A DNA stretch of 64,000 nucleotides from NCBI GenBank assembly GCA_963833985.1, contig CAWIAD010000002.1, positions 768,001 to 832,000 on the forward strand, given 5' to 3'. The notes under the pieces are model-generated. The model was not told where the DNA came from. It did not search any database and saw only the letters and a list, made by a program, of their open reading frames with translations. This stretch comes from an uncultured Planctomycetaceae bacterium. Lineage in GTDB: Bacteria > Planctomycetota > Planctomycetia > Isosphaerales > Isosphaeraceae. Of this stretch, positions 1 to 11,500 are shown one piece after another. Each line of letters opens with the position of its first letter. The first letter of the stretch is position 1. The translations under genes were made by a program, and so were the position numbers.

Positions 1-1207
1 GCCAGCCCGTCCTTGCCGTCGCCGATGGCCTTGCGCAAGACCTCCGTGAGGACGGAGGGGCCGGCCGCAATGGCCGCGGCCAGTGCACCGTTGTCCTGAG
101 TTCCCAGGCCACCGAGGCCGACGCGGGCGATGGCCTCCTGGAGTTTCAAGCTCGTCAGACAGGTGCGTGCGTCCAGCTTCTGGGGCTCCAGCAGGACGGC
201 CTGCTGTGCCAGCCGCAGCGCAAGATACCGTTCGGCCTCGGCCCGATTCATGGGCCAGGGCGCCGGTACCTTGCGATCCGGATCCCAGACCCACACGGCC
301 AGGGAATCGCCAGGGAACTCGATTTGATGACGGTGGTAGCTCCAGGCGGCGTCCAGCAGCACCTGCGCCGGGCTTCGCGGCTGGTCCGCGAACGGCCGCC
401 CGGTCAGGCTGGCCACCGCGGACCGGGCCGCGCCGCGCACCGGGGCGGGGGCTCGAGTCGCAGCCGCGAAATAGGTCAGGAACGGGACGGCACGGGGATC
501 GCCAATCGCGCCCACTGCCGTGGCCGCGTCGGCCGCCAGGGTCGCATCGGGACTGTCCAGAACGGCCAGGAGCGGGGGAACGGCGGACTGGTCAAGCCGG
601 CCCAGGTTGCGTGCCATGAGGCTTCGCTGCTGGGCCGTGAGGGCCGGGTTCTGAAGCGCCTGGATCAGTAGCGGCACGGCGAAGGGCCCGGCCTCACGCA
701 GCCGGTCGACGGCGTACGATTGCTCTTCCTCCGTACCGGTCAGCTCGGTCGCCCATCGGGAGATCCGCTCGGGCTGGGTCGCGTCGCGCCGGGCGGCCGT
801 CATCAATCGCTCCACCAGAGGTTGCACGTACCGGCGAGTCTCCGGCTCATCGGCCAACCTCAAGAATGAGCCGGCGCCGTAGCGGTCGCGCAGCTCGACC
901 AGGGTCGCGTCGTCCACCGGGCTCTTGATGAACGCCTCGAGGTAGGGGACGGCCTTGCGGCTCTGTCCGGTCCGCACCAGGTAATCGATCGCGCTCCAGA
1001 GCTCCGCCGGCGTGCGCGGCTCCTGCGCGAAGGATTCCGGCCCGGCGCCTGGGCATGCAGCGGACTGACCAGGATGAGATCAAGGCAGAGCGCCGTCAGC
1101 GGAAGAGCCACGCACAGCGCCGCGCCGGTCAGGCTGCGGTGCTGGACGTACCGGCTTGCCAGCGCCGCGGTGCGACGGTCGGGATCGTACAGGAGGCGTC
1201 GCCACAT
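1..1207 (-). CDS. HEAT-repeat-like exported protein; 5' part only, runs off the window; 1-nt frameshift near 1042
   Basis: Signal-like N-terminus ending LHAQAP. Restoring one G continues PESFAQEPRTPAELWSAIDYL...AVPPLLAVLDSPDATLAADAATAVGAIGDPRAVPFL (HEAT/PBS-like repeats), and the frame stays open to position 1. Confidence 0.7.
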
Positions 1208-1295
1208 GGAACACTTCCGATCACGTTGGGGAGGCTGGTTCGTCCTGGTAGATCCGCCGGCATCCACTCTGCCGGGAAGTGGGGTTGTGCGGGGC

Positions 1296-2579
1296 TCAGA
1301 GCCCGAGTTCCTGGCTGACGAGGTCCTCGTAGGTCTCGCGACGGCGCACCAGCCGCAGCGCGCCGGCGGTGACGAGCACCTCGGCAGCGCGGGGGCGCGT
1401 GTTGTAATTGGAAGCCATCACCATGCCATAGGCCCCGGCGGAAAAGGTGGCGATCAGGTCGCCGCGTGCCAGCGGGGGCAGCGCCCTGTCCTTGGCCAGA
1501 AAGTCGCCGCTCTCGCAGACCGGTCCCACGACGTCCCAGGGTTCGGTGCCGTCCATGGCGGCCTCGTAGTCCTCAGGAGGGGCAGGCAGGCCGGGCGCGG
1601 CGAGCACCGGCCAGATTCGATGGAACGACTCGTACAGCGCCGGCCGGATCAGATCGTTCATGGCGGCGTCCTGGATCAGGAACCGCTTGTCTCCAGACTG
1701 CTTGGTATATAACACACGGCTGACCAGGATGCCCGCATTGCCGACGATGACTCGCCCCGGCTCGATGGCCAGGCGGCAGCCGGTCGCCTGCACACCCGGC
1801 ACAATCGCCCGGGCGAACTCGGCAACGGGCCGGGCCTCGTGGCCCCTGTAGGAAATCCCGAATCCACCGCCCATGTTGTACCACGCGATCGGATGCCCCA
1901 GTTTGCGCAGACGGCCAATCAGCTCGACCCCCTTGGCCACTGCGCCGGCGTAGGGCTCGGCGGTGGTGATCTGGGAGCCGATGTGCATGTGGATGCCAAT
2001 CATGCGGACGTTGCGCAGTGCCATGGCGGACTCGGCGACCCGCAATGAACGCTCGATGTCCATGCCGAACTTGGACTCTTTTTTCCCCGTTGAGATGTAC
2101 CGGTGCGTGCGCGGATCCACGTCCGGGTTGACCCGCAAGGCGACGTGCGCGACACGGTTCTGCGCGGCCGCGACGCGGGCGACGGCGTCGAGCTCGGCCT
2201 CGCTCTCGACGTTGAACATGAGCACGCCCGCCTCCAGCCCGGCGGCAATCTCGTCGTCGGTCTTGCCCACGCCGGCGAAGACGGTCCGGCCGGGGTCGCC
2301 ATCGGCCAGCTTCACGCGGTGCAGCTCGCCACCGGAAACAACGTCGAAGCCGCTTCCGTGGTCGGCCATGAGCCGCAGGATGCCCAGGTTCGAGTTCGCC
2401 TTCACCGAGTAGCAGACCAGCGGATCAACGGCCGCGAACGCCGCCCGCAGCGAGTCCAGCGTTTCCAGGATCGCTCTCTGGCTGTACACGTAGAGGGGCG
2501 TACCGAACCGGTCCGCCAGCTCGGCCACGGGGACGTCTTCGCAGTAAAGCTGCCGGTCGCGGTAGTGAAACGGTTCCAT
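1296..2579 (-). CDS. lysA: diaminopimelate decarboxylase
   Basis: Motifs YSVKAN (PLP lysine), HIGSQI, EPGR, GPVCESGD and GAYGMVMASNYNTRPR. Confidence 0.97.
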   Translation of the reverse strand: MEPFHYRDRQLYCEDVPVAELADRFGTPLYVYSQRAILETLDSLRAAFAAVDPLVCYSVKANSNLGILRLMADHGSGFDVVSGGELHRVKLADGDPGRTVFAGVGKTDDEIAAGLEAGVLMFNVESEAELDAVARVAAAQNRVAHVALRVNPDVDPRTHRYISTGKKESKFGMDIERSLRVAESAMALRNVRMIGIHMHIGSQITTAEPYAGAVAKGVELIGRLRKLGHPIAWYNMGGGFGISYRGHEARPVAEFARAIVPGVQATGCRLAIEPGRVIVGNAGILVSRVLYTKQSGDKRFLIQDAAMNDLIRPALYESFHRIWPVLAAPGLPAPPEDYEAAMDGTEPWDVVGPVCESGDFLAKDRALPPLARGDLIATFSAGAYGMVMASNYNTRPRAAEVLVTAGALRLVRRRETYEDLVSQELGL

Positions 2580-2656
2580 GGGATCTCGGGGTAGGATGGT
2601 CTATTATGCGTCGAGCGCCGGTATTCCCGGCAGGATCTCGCCCTGGGCGTGAGCCG

Positions 2657-4069
2657 TCACTCTCCCAGCACCTCCCGCCAGTGCTGAAGCTGAATCGCAA
2701 CCTGCTCGGGTGCCGTCGATCCGTGCGACCGGAGGGCACGCACCGCGCTGGCAACGCCCAGACTACCGCGGGCATCCGGGCCCAGAACCGGATGGGCCGC
2801 TTGCAGGTCCGCATCGCTCAGGTCGGCCAGCCGCTTCAAGCCGAGGCGCTCGCACTGGCCCACCAGCCGGCCGATGATGGCGTGCGCGGAACGCTGCGGA
2901 ACGCCTTTCGCGATCAGGAATTCCATCAAGGCCGTCGCGTCCAGGAAGCCCTCGTCAAGGCGCTCGGCGATGCGCTCGGAATGAAGCCGAGCACCCGCCA
3001 CCACCACGGCCGCCAGAGCCACGCAGGACTCGACGGTATCGAAGGCGTCGAAGACCGGCTCCTTGTCTTCTTGAAGGTCGCGGTTGTAGGCCAGCGGCAG
3101 CCCCTTGATCAGGACCAGGAGGGTCGTGAGAGCGCCGACGACGCGTGCGGCCCGTCCCCGGATCAGCTCCAGCACGTCCGGATTCTTCTTCTGGGGCATG
3201 ATGCTGCTGCCGGTGCAGATGTGATCGGGCAGCGCGAGGAACCCGAACTCCTGGGTGCTCCAGAGGATCCATTCCTCGGCCCAGCCCGAAAGGTGCCCCG
3301 CGGTGAGGGTCAGTGCAAAGACGGCCTCGATGGCAAAGTCGCGATCGCTCACCAGGTCCAGGCTATTGGCCCCGACCGCATCGAAGCCCAGCTCCGCAGC
3401 CACCAGCCCGCGGTCGATCGGAAGGCTGGTTCCGGCCAGGGCCGCAGCGCCTAAAGGAAGAACATTCAACCGCTTGCGGCAGTCAGCCAGGCGGCCGCGA
3501 TCGCGCTGGAGCTTCTCCACGTAGGCCAGGAAATAATGGGCGGCCAGTACGGGCTGGGCGCGCTGCATGTGGGTGTAGCCGGGAATGATCAGCTCCGCAT
3601 GCCGCCGGGCCGCGGCCAGGAATGCCCGCTGGAGCTCGATCAGCCGGTTTTCCATCCGATCGATCGCGTCCCGGATCCAGAGCCTCAGATCGGTGGCGAC
3701 CTGATCGTTGCGGCTCCGCGCCGTGTGCAGCTTGCGGCCCACGTCGCCAAGTTTGTCGATCAAAGCCGCTTCGATGTGCATGTGCACATCTTCACGGTCC
3801 ACCGAGAAGACGAACGTGCCTGCCTCGATCTCGGCCTGGATTTCTGACAGAGCCCGCACAATTTGACAGCACTCGTCCGAGGAGATCAGTCCCACGCGCA
3901 TGAGCATCCGCGCGTGTGCCGCGGAGCCCTCGATATCATGCCTGAAGAGACGACGATCAAAGGAGATAGACTCTGTAAACTGGACCACGCGAAGGTCCGT
4001 TTCGGAGCTGAATCGACCACTCCAGGCCTTCTCCACCACGCAGGACGCTCCCTGAACCGGAAGACTCAT
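2657..4069 (-). CDS. argH: argininosuccinate lyase
   Basis: Motifs WSGRF, HTARSRNDQ, PGYTHMQRAQP, GSSIMPQKKNPD and YNRDLQEDKE. Start uncertain (4069 or 4087). Confidence 0.97.
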   Translation of the reverse strand: MSLPVQGASCVVEKAWSGRFSSETDLRVVQFTESISFDRRLFRHDIEGSAAHARMLMRVGLISSDECCQIVRALSEIQAEIEAGTFVFSVDREDVHMHIEAALIDKLGDVGRKLHTARSRNDQVATDLRLWIRDAIDRMENRLIELQRAFLAAARRHAELIIPGYTHMQRAQPVLAAHYFLAYVEKLQRDRGRLADCRKRLNVLPLGAAALAGTSLPIDRGLVAAELGFDAVGANSLDLVSDRDFAIEAVFALTLTAGHLSGWAEEWILWSTQEFGFLALPDHICTGSSIMPQKKNPDVLELIRGRAARVVGALTTLLVLIKGLPLAYNRDLQEDKEPVFDAFDTVESCVALAAVVVAGARLHSERIAERLDEGFLDATALMEFLIAKGVPQRSAHAIIGRLVGQCERLGLKRLADLSDADLQAAHPVLGPDARGSLGVASAVRALRSHGSTAPEQVAIQLQHWREVLGE

Positions 4070-4341
4070 TGCGCAACCTTTTGGCAAATCTGACCTAGTT
4101 TAGGCACACATTTGGTCGATGTCAATTCACTGCAAAGGATTCGGCTGGGGGCGGACCGGCAGCCGGGTGATCCCACGAAACATAGAGTTTACCGCCGTCC
4201 CCCGGTTCGCTTAGGATGCTCGTATCGCGAAGAAAGTCGTGCCGCCCGGCTCTGTCGCCGGATGGGTGGGGTGGGGTGGGGATGCTTCCGCAAGCGGTCT
4301 GGGGGCGATCCCGCAGTGAGCTTGTGCCGAGGGAGGAAGTG

Positions 4342-4839
4342 GTGGCTGAACTCCAGGAAGACCTGAAATACGTGGACGGGCAGATCGAGGGGGTGGTGTT
4401 CCGTTCCCTCAAGTTCTTCAACGACAAGCGCGGCTGGCTGGTGGAGATCTTCCGCAACGATGAGCTGGAGCAGGAACGCTGGGCCACCATGATGTACGTG
4501 TCGTCGACGCTCCCGGGCGTGGCGCGCGGGCCTCACGAGCATGTGGACCAGACCGACGGCTTCGCGTTCATCGGGCCGTCGGACTTCCGGCTCTATCTCT
4601 GGGATGCCCGGCCCGACAGCAAGACCCGTGGCCATCGCTCGGTGACGACCGTGGGTGCATCCAACCCCTCCGCGGTCTGGATTCCGCCGGGTGTGGTGCA
4701 CGCCTATCGCAACGTGGGCGATGTTTCCGGCCTCGTCTTCAATGCACCGAACCGGCTTTACGCCGGCTGGGGCAAGAAGGAGCCGGTCGATGAGATCCGG
4801 CACGAGGACGCGGATCCGCCCCGGTTCCTGCTCGATTGA
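4342..4839 (+). CDS. dTDP-4-dehydrorhamnose 3,5-epimerase (RmlC)-like cupin
   Basis: Motifs DKRGWLVE, PGVARGPHEH and WIPPGVVHAY. GGAGG RBS precedes the GTG at 4342. Confidence 0.8.
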   Translation: MAELQEDLKYVDGQIEGVVFRSLKFFNDKRGWLVEIFRNDELEQERWATMMYVSSTLPGVARGPHEHVDQTDGFAFIGPSDFRLYLWDARPDSKTRGHRSVTTVGASNPSAVWIPPGVVHAYRNVGDVSGLVFNAPNRLYAGWGKKEPVDEIRHEDADPPRFLLD

Positions 4840-4866
4840 TTCCGCTCGCACTGAGCAACCACGACC

Positions 4867-5247
4867 ATGGACCAGCCACCGGATCGCCGCTTTCCCGAGC
4901 CCTGGCACGATCCCGAGTTCTCCGCGCCCCGGGGTGGAACCCAGAAGCCCACGGACCGGAACGCGCAAGGCGTCGAGGGCGGTGACGGTGACGGTGACAG
5001 GCGGGTTAGCCGGCGCAGGCGCATGAGCGGCTGGGCGGTGGGGATTGTCGGGTTACCAATCACGGCAGGGCTGGTCCTCAATCCGACGGTCGGCCCGCTG
5101 ATCGTCGGCGCCCTGGCGCTCTTCGCCATGGTCCTGCTCCTGGTGGCCGGCGCGATGGCCCTGGGAGTGATGGGAATGGGCCTGTTCGCGGTCGGCGACC
5201 GGATCATCGTGTGGCTTCGCCAGGGAAGCCGCTGGCCGGAAAAATGA
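4867..5247 (+). CDS. hypothetical membrane protein
   Basis: 126-aa ORF with two hydrophobic segments, directly after the cupin gene. Confidence 0.55.
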   Translation: MDQPPDRRFPEPWHDPEFSAPRGGTQKPTDRNAQGVEGGDGDGDRRVSRRRRMSGWAVGIVGLPITAGLVLNPTVGPLIVGALALFAMVLLLVAGAMALGVMGMGLFAVGDRIIVWLRQGSRWPEK

Positions 5248-5262
5248 GCCGGAGGTTGGCGA

Positions 5263-5287
5263 CGGCCGTGCCTGCTTGACACGGCCG
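5263..5287. terminator. hairpin between convergent genes (possible terminator)
   Basis: CGGCCGTG-9nt-CACGGCCG, an 8-bp stem with no U-tract. Confidence 0.3.
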
Positions 5288-5339
5288 CGGCTTGCGCTGC
5301 CGGCTCGAAGCCAGTCGAAATCGATGCGAAGGAATCCGC

Positions 5340-5909
5340 TCAGGGCTGGGCGATGCCAATGACTCCCACCGCCACACGCCCACCGGCATTGCCGACAGGC
5401 TGGCTGTAGTCATCGGCCTTCTCGTGAACCACGAGGCCGCGGCCGATGATCGAGTGCGGGCCCTCGAAGGTGAGGTGCGGATCGACGAGGTCGATCGATG
5501 CGTTGCCGTTCGCGTTCGCCGTGATGTTGCCCAGATCGCCGACGTGCCGCATGGACCCTTCCTGCTTGCCGTGCTTTTGGGCCTCGGGGTTGAAGTGGCT
5601 GCCCGCCGCCTTGCCGTCCGGCGACCAGACGCCGAACTCGTGCACGTGGAACCCATGCTCGCCGGGGGTCAGGCCGGAAAGCTCGCCCTTGACTTGCATT
5701 CCGCTGTCGGTCCTGGTGAAGGTCACGCGCCCTTCAACCTTGTTCCCCTTGGTGGCCAGAAGGATTGCCACGGCCTTGGTGACCGTCGCACCCTTGGCGT
5801 GAGCCTTCTTCATTTCCTGGCGGGCCTCTGCGGGATTGTGCAATCCCGAGAGGGCGAGGCAGACCAGGAGACCCACCGCGAGGGCGGCCGCACCTTTCTT
5901 CAACGACAT
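5340..5909 (-). CDS. sodC: Cu/Zn superoxide dismutase, exported
   Basis: Signal peptide plus HGFHVH, HFNP, RHVGDLGN, SIIGRGLVVHEKADD and GNAGGR. Confidence 0.92.
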   Translation of the reverse strand: MSLKKGAAALAVGLLVCLALSGLHNPAEARQEMKKAHAKGATVTKAVAILLATKGNKVEGRVTFTRTDSGMQVKGELSGLTPGEHGFHVHEFGVWSPDGKAAGSHFNPEAQKHGKQEGSMRHVGDLGNITANANGNASIDLVDPHLTFEGPHSIIGRGLVVHEKADDYSQPVGNAGGRVAVGVIGIAQP

Positions 5910-6258
5910 GTCCATTCTCCCCAGGTAATGATCTCTGAAATCTCTGTGCAGTGCACGCGCGAGGCTTGATGCCAGGCTAGCTGGACTCAGGTTGGCTCTC
6001 AAGAGTCTGCCTGCACCTGCGTGACCACTTTACGCGAAAGACGTCTGGAAAACGCCCGCACGCCCGCCAGGATTGACCCTTTTTCATCGAACCGGCCAAC
6101 TCGGGGCGGCACGGGCAGCTCATGGACAGGGGCTCAGTGCGCACGGATAATGCCAGGGGTTCCGAGGCTGCCACGTTCCCCAGCGCGTTCTCGGGCTTGA
6201 AGCCGCGCGTGGCCCGCTGAGGAGGGAGAACGAGAGCAGCCCCGGCCGGAACAGCAAG

Positions 6259-7492
6259 ATGGGTGAGCCGTCGTATCAATCCCCGGACTCGATCCTCGAA
6301 CGATGGCTGCTGCGGCACCAGCAGCGCCGGTGTGCCGGTGTACCAACGGTCTCGGTGCTGGCCGGCCGGCTGGAAGAGACGGTCCCCGGGCTGCGGGACT
6401 GGGCCTCGCGTACGAATCGAGGCATGGATTGCATCGAGGCCGATGCTCTCGATTTCGACGCCATGCTCTGGGCCTGGATTGATCGATTTGTCGCCGAGTT
6501 CGACCTCGTCGGCGAAGCGACAGCCTGGCTGTCCAGACAACTGGGCTGCTCGTCTCGCGAACTCGATGGCTCCCTCCGCGGCAGGAGTGGCGTGGAGCGG
6601 GCCATGTTCCTGGAGCGGACCTTGCCCGCGACGTCCCGCACCGGGGTGGAAGCCGCGTGCCGCTGGCTGCTGTCTCATGAGAGGCCAATGTCCGGGGCTC
6701 TATCCCGGAACGAGCTGGCGGCGGAGCTGGACTCCGGTCCGGGAGCCTTGCCGCAACCGTGGGCGCGACTGCTCATCGCGCTGGGGGCGTTGATCCCAGG
6801 CGCAACGGCAGCCGTTGCTGGCGATGGTCTGGCGGGAACGTGGGAACGCCCCGGAATCGGGCCGCGCGCTTTGCAGCCTCGCTCGTTGGTCTCTGAATCT
6901 GGCCACGGCACAGCCGGCCCTGGCGCTCGCGCTGCTGCTCGAACCGGCCGCCTGGAGCGCCTACCTCGAGCATGCTCCGCCATCTCGAATCAAGGCTCAG
7001 CTCCAGGAGTCGGCACTGCCGCGCATCGTCTGGTCTCCGGGAGCCACGGAGCCGAGCTTTCCCGAGGTCGGGCTGGAGCACCCCTTTCGCCTGGCGGAGG
7101 ATCGCTCTGCCGCGGATCCTGCCGATGCGGAAGCGGCGGACCGCGCACGCAGCGCGGCCGAACGATTGCTCTTCGAGCGGCTGGAATCGCTGCCCGAGAC
7201 GGCTGGCGTCTTCCAGCTCAATGCGACACTTGATTTTCACTTCGGTCCCCACCGGTCCATGGAAATCGATCTCGCCGCGCCCTCCTTGATGCTGGCGCTG
7301 GAAATTGACGGCTACTACCACTTCCAGGATGCCGGCTCCTACCGTCGCGATCGCCGCAAGGACCTGGAACTTCAGCAGCGTGGATACGTGGTGGTTCGCG
7401 TGCTCGCCGAGGACGTCGTGGGCCGGCTGGAAGAGGTTCTCGAGACAATCCGTGCGGCGGTCGCGTTCCGCAGGCACGAGGCACTCCGATGA
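6259..7492 (+). CDS. DUF559/Vsr-like PD-(D/E)xK endonuclease-domain protein with an unknown N-terminal region; apparent frameshift near 6795
   Basis: C-terminal ARSAAERLLFERL...EIDLAAPSLMLALEIDGYYHFQ...RRDRRKDLELQQRGYVVVRVLAEDV matches the DUF559 pattern. The frame starting at 6259 joins the 6815 frame if a C-run at 6794-6796 is lengthened by two bases. Confidence 0.75.
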
Positions 7493-7505
7493 AGGGGAAC
7501 GATCG

Positions 7506-8573
7506 ATGACCGAAGAACTGGACCTGCGCCCGATCGACTTGCTGGTTCTGACGCGGCTGCTGGCAACCGGCGAGAAGGGTGACACCGTGTCCGGCATCAG
7601 GAAGGACCTCGCACCCTTGCTGGAACATCGCTGGTCCGGCAACGTTTTGACCCAGGTCCTGGACCGCACCTTGATCAGGCTGTCCTCCCTGGGTCTCGTC
7701 ATACAGCGACCGGGCAAGACGAAGCGAGCCGCTCCGGGCGTGCTCCTGACCGAGGACGGCAGGCGAGAGGCACTGGCGGCCCTGAACGTCAGCGCGCTTC
7801 CCGCCAAGCCCAAGCCAACCTGGTCCGTCCTGAAGAAATCGCTGCTGGTGGCGCGGGCGCTGGGGCTGTCCGCGCCTGGCCCGGCTTTTGCCAAGGGCAC
7901 GGGGCTGAAGGCGGTCCTGTTGCGGCAGAAGTTCGGCCTGCCGCTGGGTGATTACCCCGACCTGAAGATCGTCAAGACCGAGCTGACCCGAACTCTCCTG
8001 GGGATGGGCCCGAAGGAGAAGATCACCCTGGATACCGTACAGGGGGCACTCTTTGGCCGGGAGCTGGGCGAGCGGCGGCCCGCCGACCCGAAAAAAGTGC
8101 TGGACCGGCTGGTTTCCAGGCATCTGGGTGCCCGCCGCGATGACGACAGGGAATGGCGTGAGGCCGTGCTTCGCGGGTGGATCGATGGGTCGGCTGATGG
8201 CCCTGCTGCGCAGGACTCCGCCACGCCCTCGACGCCGCGCACGGAACCGTCGCATGCCGCACGCGCCATGGACCTGGCGGCGTTCGCCCGCAGCACCAGG
8301 GCCGCGGCCGAGAAGTGTCCGACCGGGCGCTTCGGCGACGACAAGGTCTTCATCATTCACGTGTGGAACACGCTTCAGAGCCACGACGAGTTCCGCGGCA
8401 CTGATCTGGCTGGCTTCAAGCAGCGGCTCGCCGAGGCGAATAATGCCCGCCTTCTGGACCTGAGCCGGGCCGACCTGGTACAGGCCATGGACCCGGAGGA
8501 CGTGCGTCGCTCCGAGGTCACCTACGACAACGCCACCTTCCACTTCATCCGCCTCGGATCCGAAAGGCACTGA
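7506..8573 (+). CDS. hypothetical protein, probable N-terminal winged-helix domain and a distinct C-terminal domain
   Basis: GAAGGGG RBS and ATG at 7506. N-terminal pattern LLVLTRLL...VSGIRKDL...TLIRLSSLGLV...LLTEDGR resembles a wHTH. C-terminal segment GRFGDDKVFIIHVW...LDLSRADLVQAMDP...TFHFIRL. Confidence 0.7.
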   Translation: MTEELDLRPIDLLVLTRLLATGEKGDTVSGIRKDLAPLLEHRWSGNVLTQVLDRTLIRLSSLGLVIQRPGKTKRAAPGVLLTEDGRREALAALNVSALPAKPKPTWSVLKKSLLVARALGLSAPGPAFAKGTGLKAVLLRQKFGLPLGDYPDLKIVKTELTRTLLGMGPKEKITLDTVQGALFGRELGERRPADPKKVLDRLVSRHLGARRDDDREWREAVLRGWIDGSADGPAAQDSATPSTPRTEPSHAARAMDLAAFARSTRAAAEKCPTGRFGDDKVFIIHVWNTLQSHDEFRGTDLAGFKQRLAEANNARLLDLSRADLVQAMDPEDVRRSEVTYDNATFHFIRLGSERH

Positions 8574-8579
8574 CCTCCC

Positions 8580-11500
8580 ATGACGCCTGAGACCTCGGCC
8601 TCGCTCGACCCGCCGGCCGCCGTGGGCAGCGGTCCTCATGACGACCCCCGCGTGGCGGCATTCTGCTCGGAAGCGCATCCGGGACTCTTCCACGCGGTGG
8701 CTTACGGCAGTGACATCTGGCGGGCCGATCCCTTCGACGTGCCCTCGATCCATCGCAGCGTGCGCGAGGCCTTCCGGCAAACCGTCGATCGCGTGTGTGC
8801 CGCGGGCGCGCTGCCGACCGGCCGGATCCTGCTGCTGCTGGGAGACTCTGGAAGTGGTAAGACGCACCTGATGCGCGCCTTCCGCAACCAGGTGCACTCG
8901 TCTCACCGCGGTTATTGCGGTTACATGCAGATGACCGCGCTCACCGACCAGTATGGCCGCTACGTCCTGAATAACCTCGTCGAATCGCTGGACAAGCCCT
9001 ATTTTGAGCACGAGTCGGCGATCTCGGGCCTGATGCGGCTCTCCTCGGCGCTCGCCCGCTCGCTGGCCGCCAGCGAGCCGGCAAGCAGTCTGCTGGAGAA
9101 GCTCAGGGAGGAGGAACTGGACCAGCGAACGCTCGACCACATCGTGGGCGAGCTGGCGGACCGCGTCATCCTCGACGACCGCTTCAACTCGATCAACGTG
9201 TTCCTGGTGCAGGCCCTGCTCTACTTGCAGTACGACGACCCGCGAATCAAGGCCCGGGTCCTCAAGTACCTGCGCTGCGAGGACTTCACGGCTCATGACC
9301 GGCAGCTCCTGGGCGGGCTCATCCCCGCCACGTACCCCGACGCGCCCCACTGGATCATCCAGCGGCTGGGCGAGCTGATCTGGGTGCTCGAGGGCGTGCC
9401 GCTGATTCTCTGCGTCGATCAGCTTGAAGATATGTTCGACATGGAAAACGCGCCGGCACGGTTCCGGCGCTCCCTGGCCACGCTCTGCGACATCGTCAGC
9501 CGGCTGCCCTCCGCCATCGTGGTCATCTCCTGTCTGCAAGACTATTACGTGAAACTCCGAGAATACCTTGCCAGACCCACCCAGGATCGCATCCAGGGAA
9601 ATCGCGGGCCGATTCATCTGAAGGAGTCGCGCGAGCCGGATGAGATCGTCCAGATCATCGCCGAGCGGTTGCAGTTCCTGTTTCGATCGGCGAATGTACC
9701 GTGGGACCCGGCTGATCCCACGTATCCCTTGCCGGCCGACCTGCTGCGGCGGCTCGCCGGACGGAGGACGCGCGACGTGCTCGGCGAGTGCCAGCTCTTT
9801 CGCGACCGCTGCGTCGCCGATGGGAGACTGGTTGCTTACCCTTTTGATAACGAGCCGGACAGGCCGCCGGAACCACCGTTCTCCATCGAGCAGGCATGGA
9901 ACGAGCATCGCGCGACGGTCCCTCCGGTGGTGCCATCGGAAGAATCCGAGCTGGCCGGAATTCTCGGAGGCGCCATCGGCTGCTGCGCGGAAGAGCTTGC
10001 ACCGGGCCTGAAAATCTCGGCCAGGACCGACGGGCGGTACGTGCATGTTGAGATCCATGGTCGGGATGACAGCGTGGAGCGGATGCTGGTGGGCGTCTGC
10101 AACAAGGCCGCGCAGGGGGGCGGGCTGGGCAGACAGGTCGAGGAGCTGAAGACGCGCGCGGGTGAGCTCACGGCGGTCGTCGTCCGATCGACGGCGTACC
10201 CGGCCAGTGCGAGAGCCGTGGTCTCCAGGCTGCTCGAGGAGCTTGTCGCCGGCGGTGGACGCAAGGTGGTCGTGGAAGACTCCGACTGGCGATCCATGCT
10301 CGCGTTCGAGAGCTTTCGCGCCGGCCAGACTGCCACGTCCGCGCTGCATGCCTGGAGACAGCAGGCACGACCGATCACGAGCCTGAAGTCGCTGCGCGAG
10401 ATCCTTGATCTGGACCGCCTGGAGCAGGGGCCGTCGCGTGCTGGCCGGAAGTCCGCTGCCCCCGCCCCGCCGAAAGAACCTGCGGTGAACCGGCCCGCAG
10501 TGAAAGGGCCCGCGGTGAACCCGCCCGCGGTGGATGAGCTGGAGAAGGCCGGGTGCGTCGAGCCCGACGTGAGCGGGCCTGGCGACGTCGCGGTTGTTCT
10601 CAGGCCGCTCAACCCACGGCGGCCAGTCTGGCTCGATGTCGGCAAGACGGCTGATCGTCGAGCCGGCAATGTGGTGCTGGAAGACGCGGAGCTGACGCGG
10701 CACGCGGCATTCATCGGAGCGCCTGGGTCTGGGAAGACGACGCTTGCCCTGAGCCTGGTCGAGCAGCTTCTGGTCGCGGGGATTCCGGCCATCCTGGTGG
10801 ATCGCAAGGGAGACCTGTGCGCCTATGCGCAGACCGGCATGGGTCTGCGCAACGGGCTGGACGGAGGCCTGGCGAAGCGGGCCGACGAGCTGCGGAGCCA
10901 TGTGGAAGTCGCCCTCTATACACCCAGGCGGCCTGATGGCCGGCCCCTGTCCATCACGGCGGTCCCCGCTGGCCTGGGGACGCTTTCCGACCTGGAACGC
11001 CGCCAGGCGGCGCGCTTCGCGGCCTCCGCGCTGGCTGGAATGATGAACTACGGCAGCAGCAAGCGCGACCAGTCGTTGCTGGCGATCCTCGGCCGGGCGA
11101 TCGACCTGCTGAGCCAGGAGCAGCCCCAGGTCCCGCTCCCCATGGAATCGCTGCTCAGCTTCATCGGCGAACGCGACCCCGGCCTGATCAACGAGATCGG
11201 CCGGCTTGACGTCCGGCTCTTTGACAAGCTGGTCCAGGACCTGGAGACCTTGCGGCTGAACCATGGAGACCTGCTGGCGGCGGAGGGCGAGCCGCTGGAG
11301 ATCGAAGCCCTGCTCGGTCTGGGACCGTACGCGAAACCCGGCAAGACGCGGCTGAGCATCATCAGCACCAAGTTCCTGGGCAGCAACCAGGACGTCCTGT
11401 TCTGGATCGCCCAGTTTGCGATGGAAGTTGGGCGCTGGATCAGCCGGGCACCCGCCCCGGACGGCACCCTTCAGGCCGTGCTCCTGTTCGATGAGGCCGA

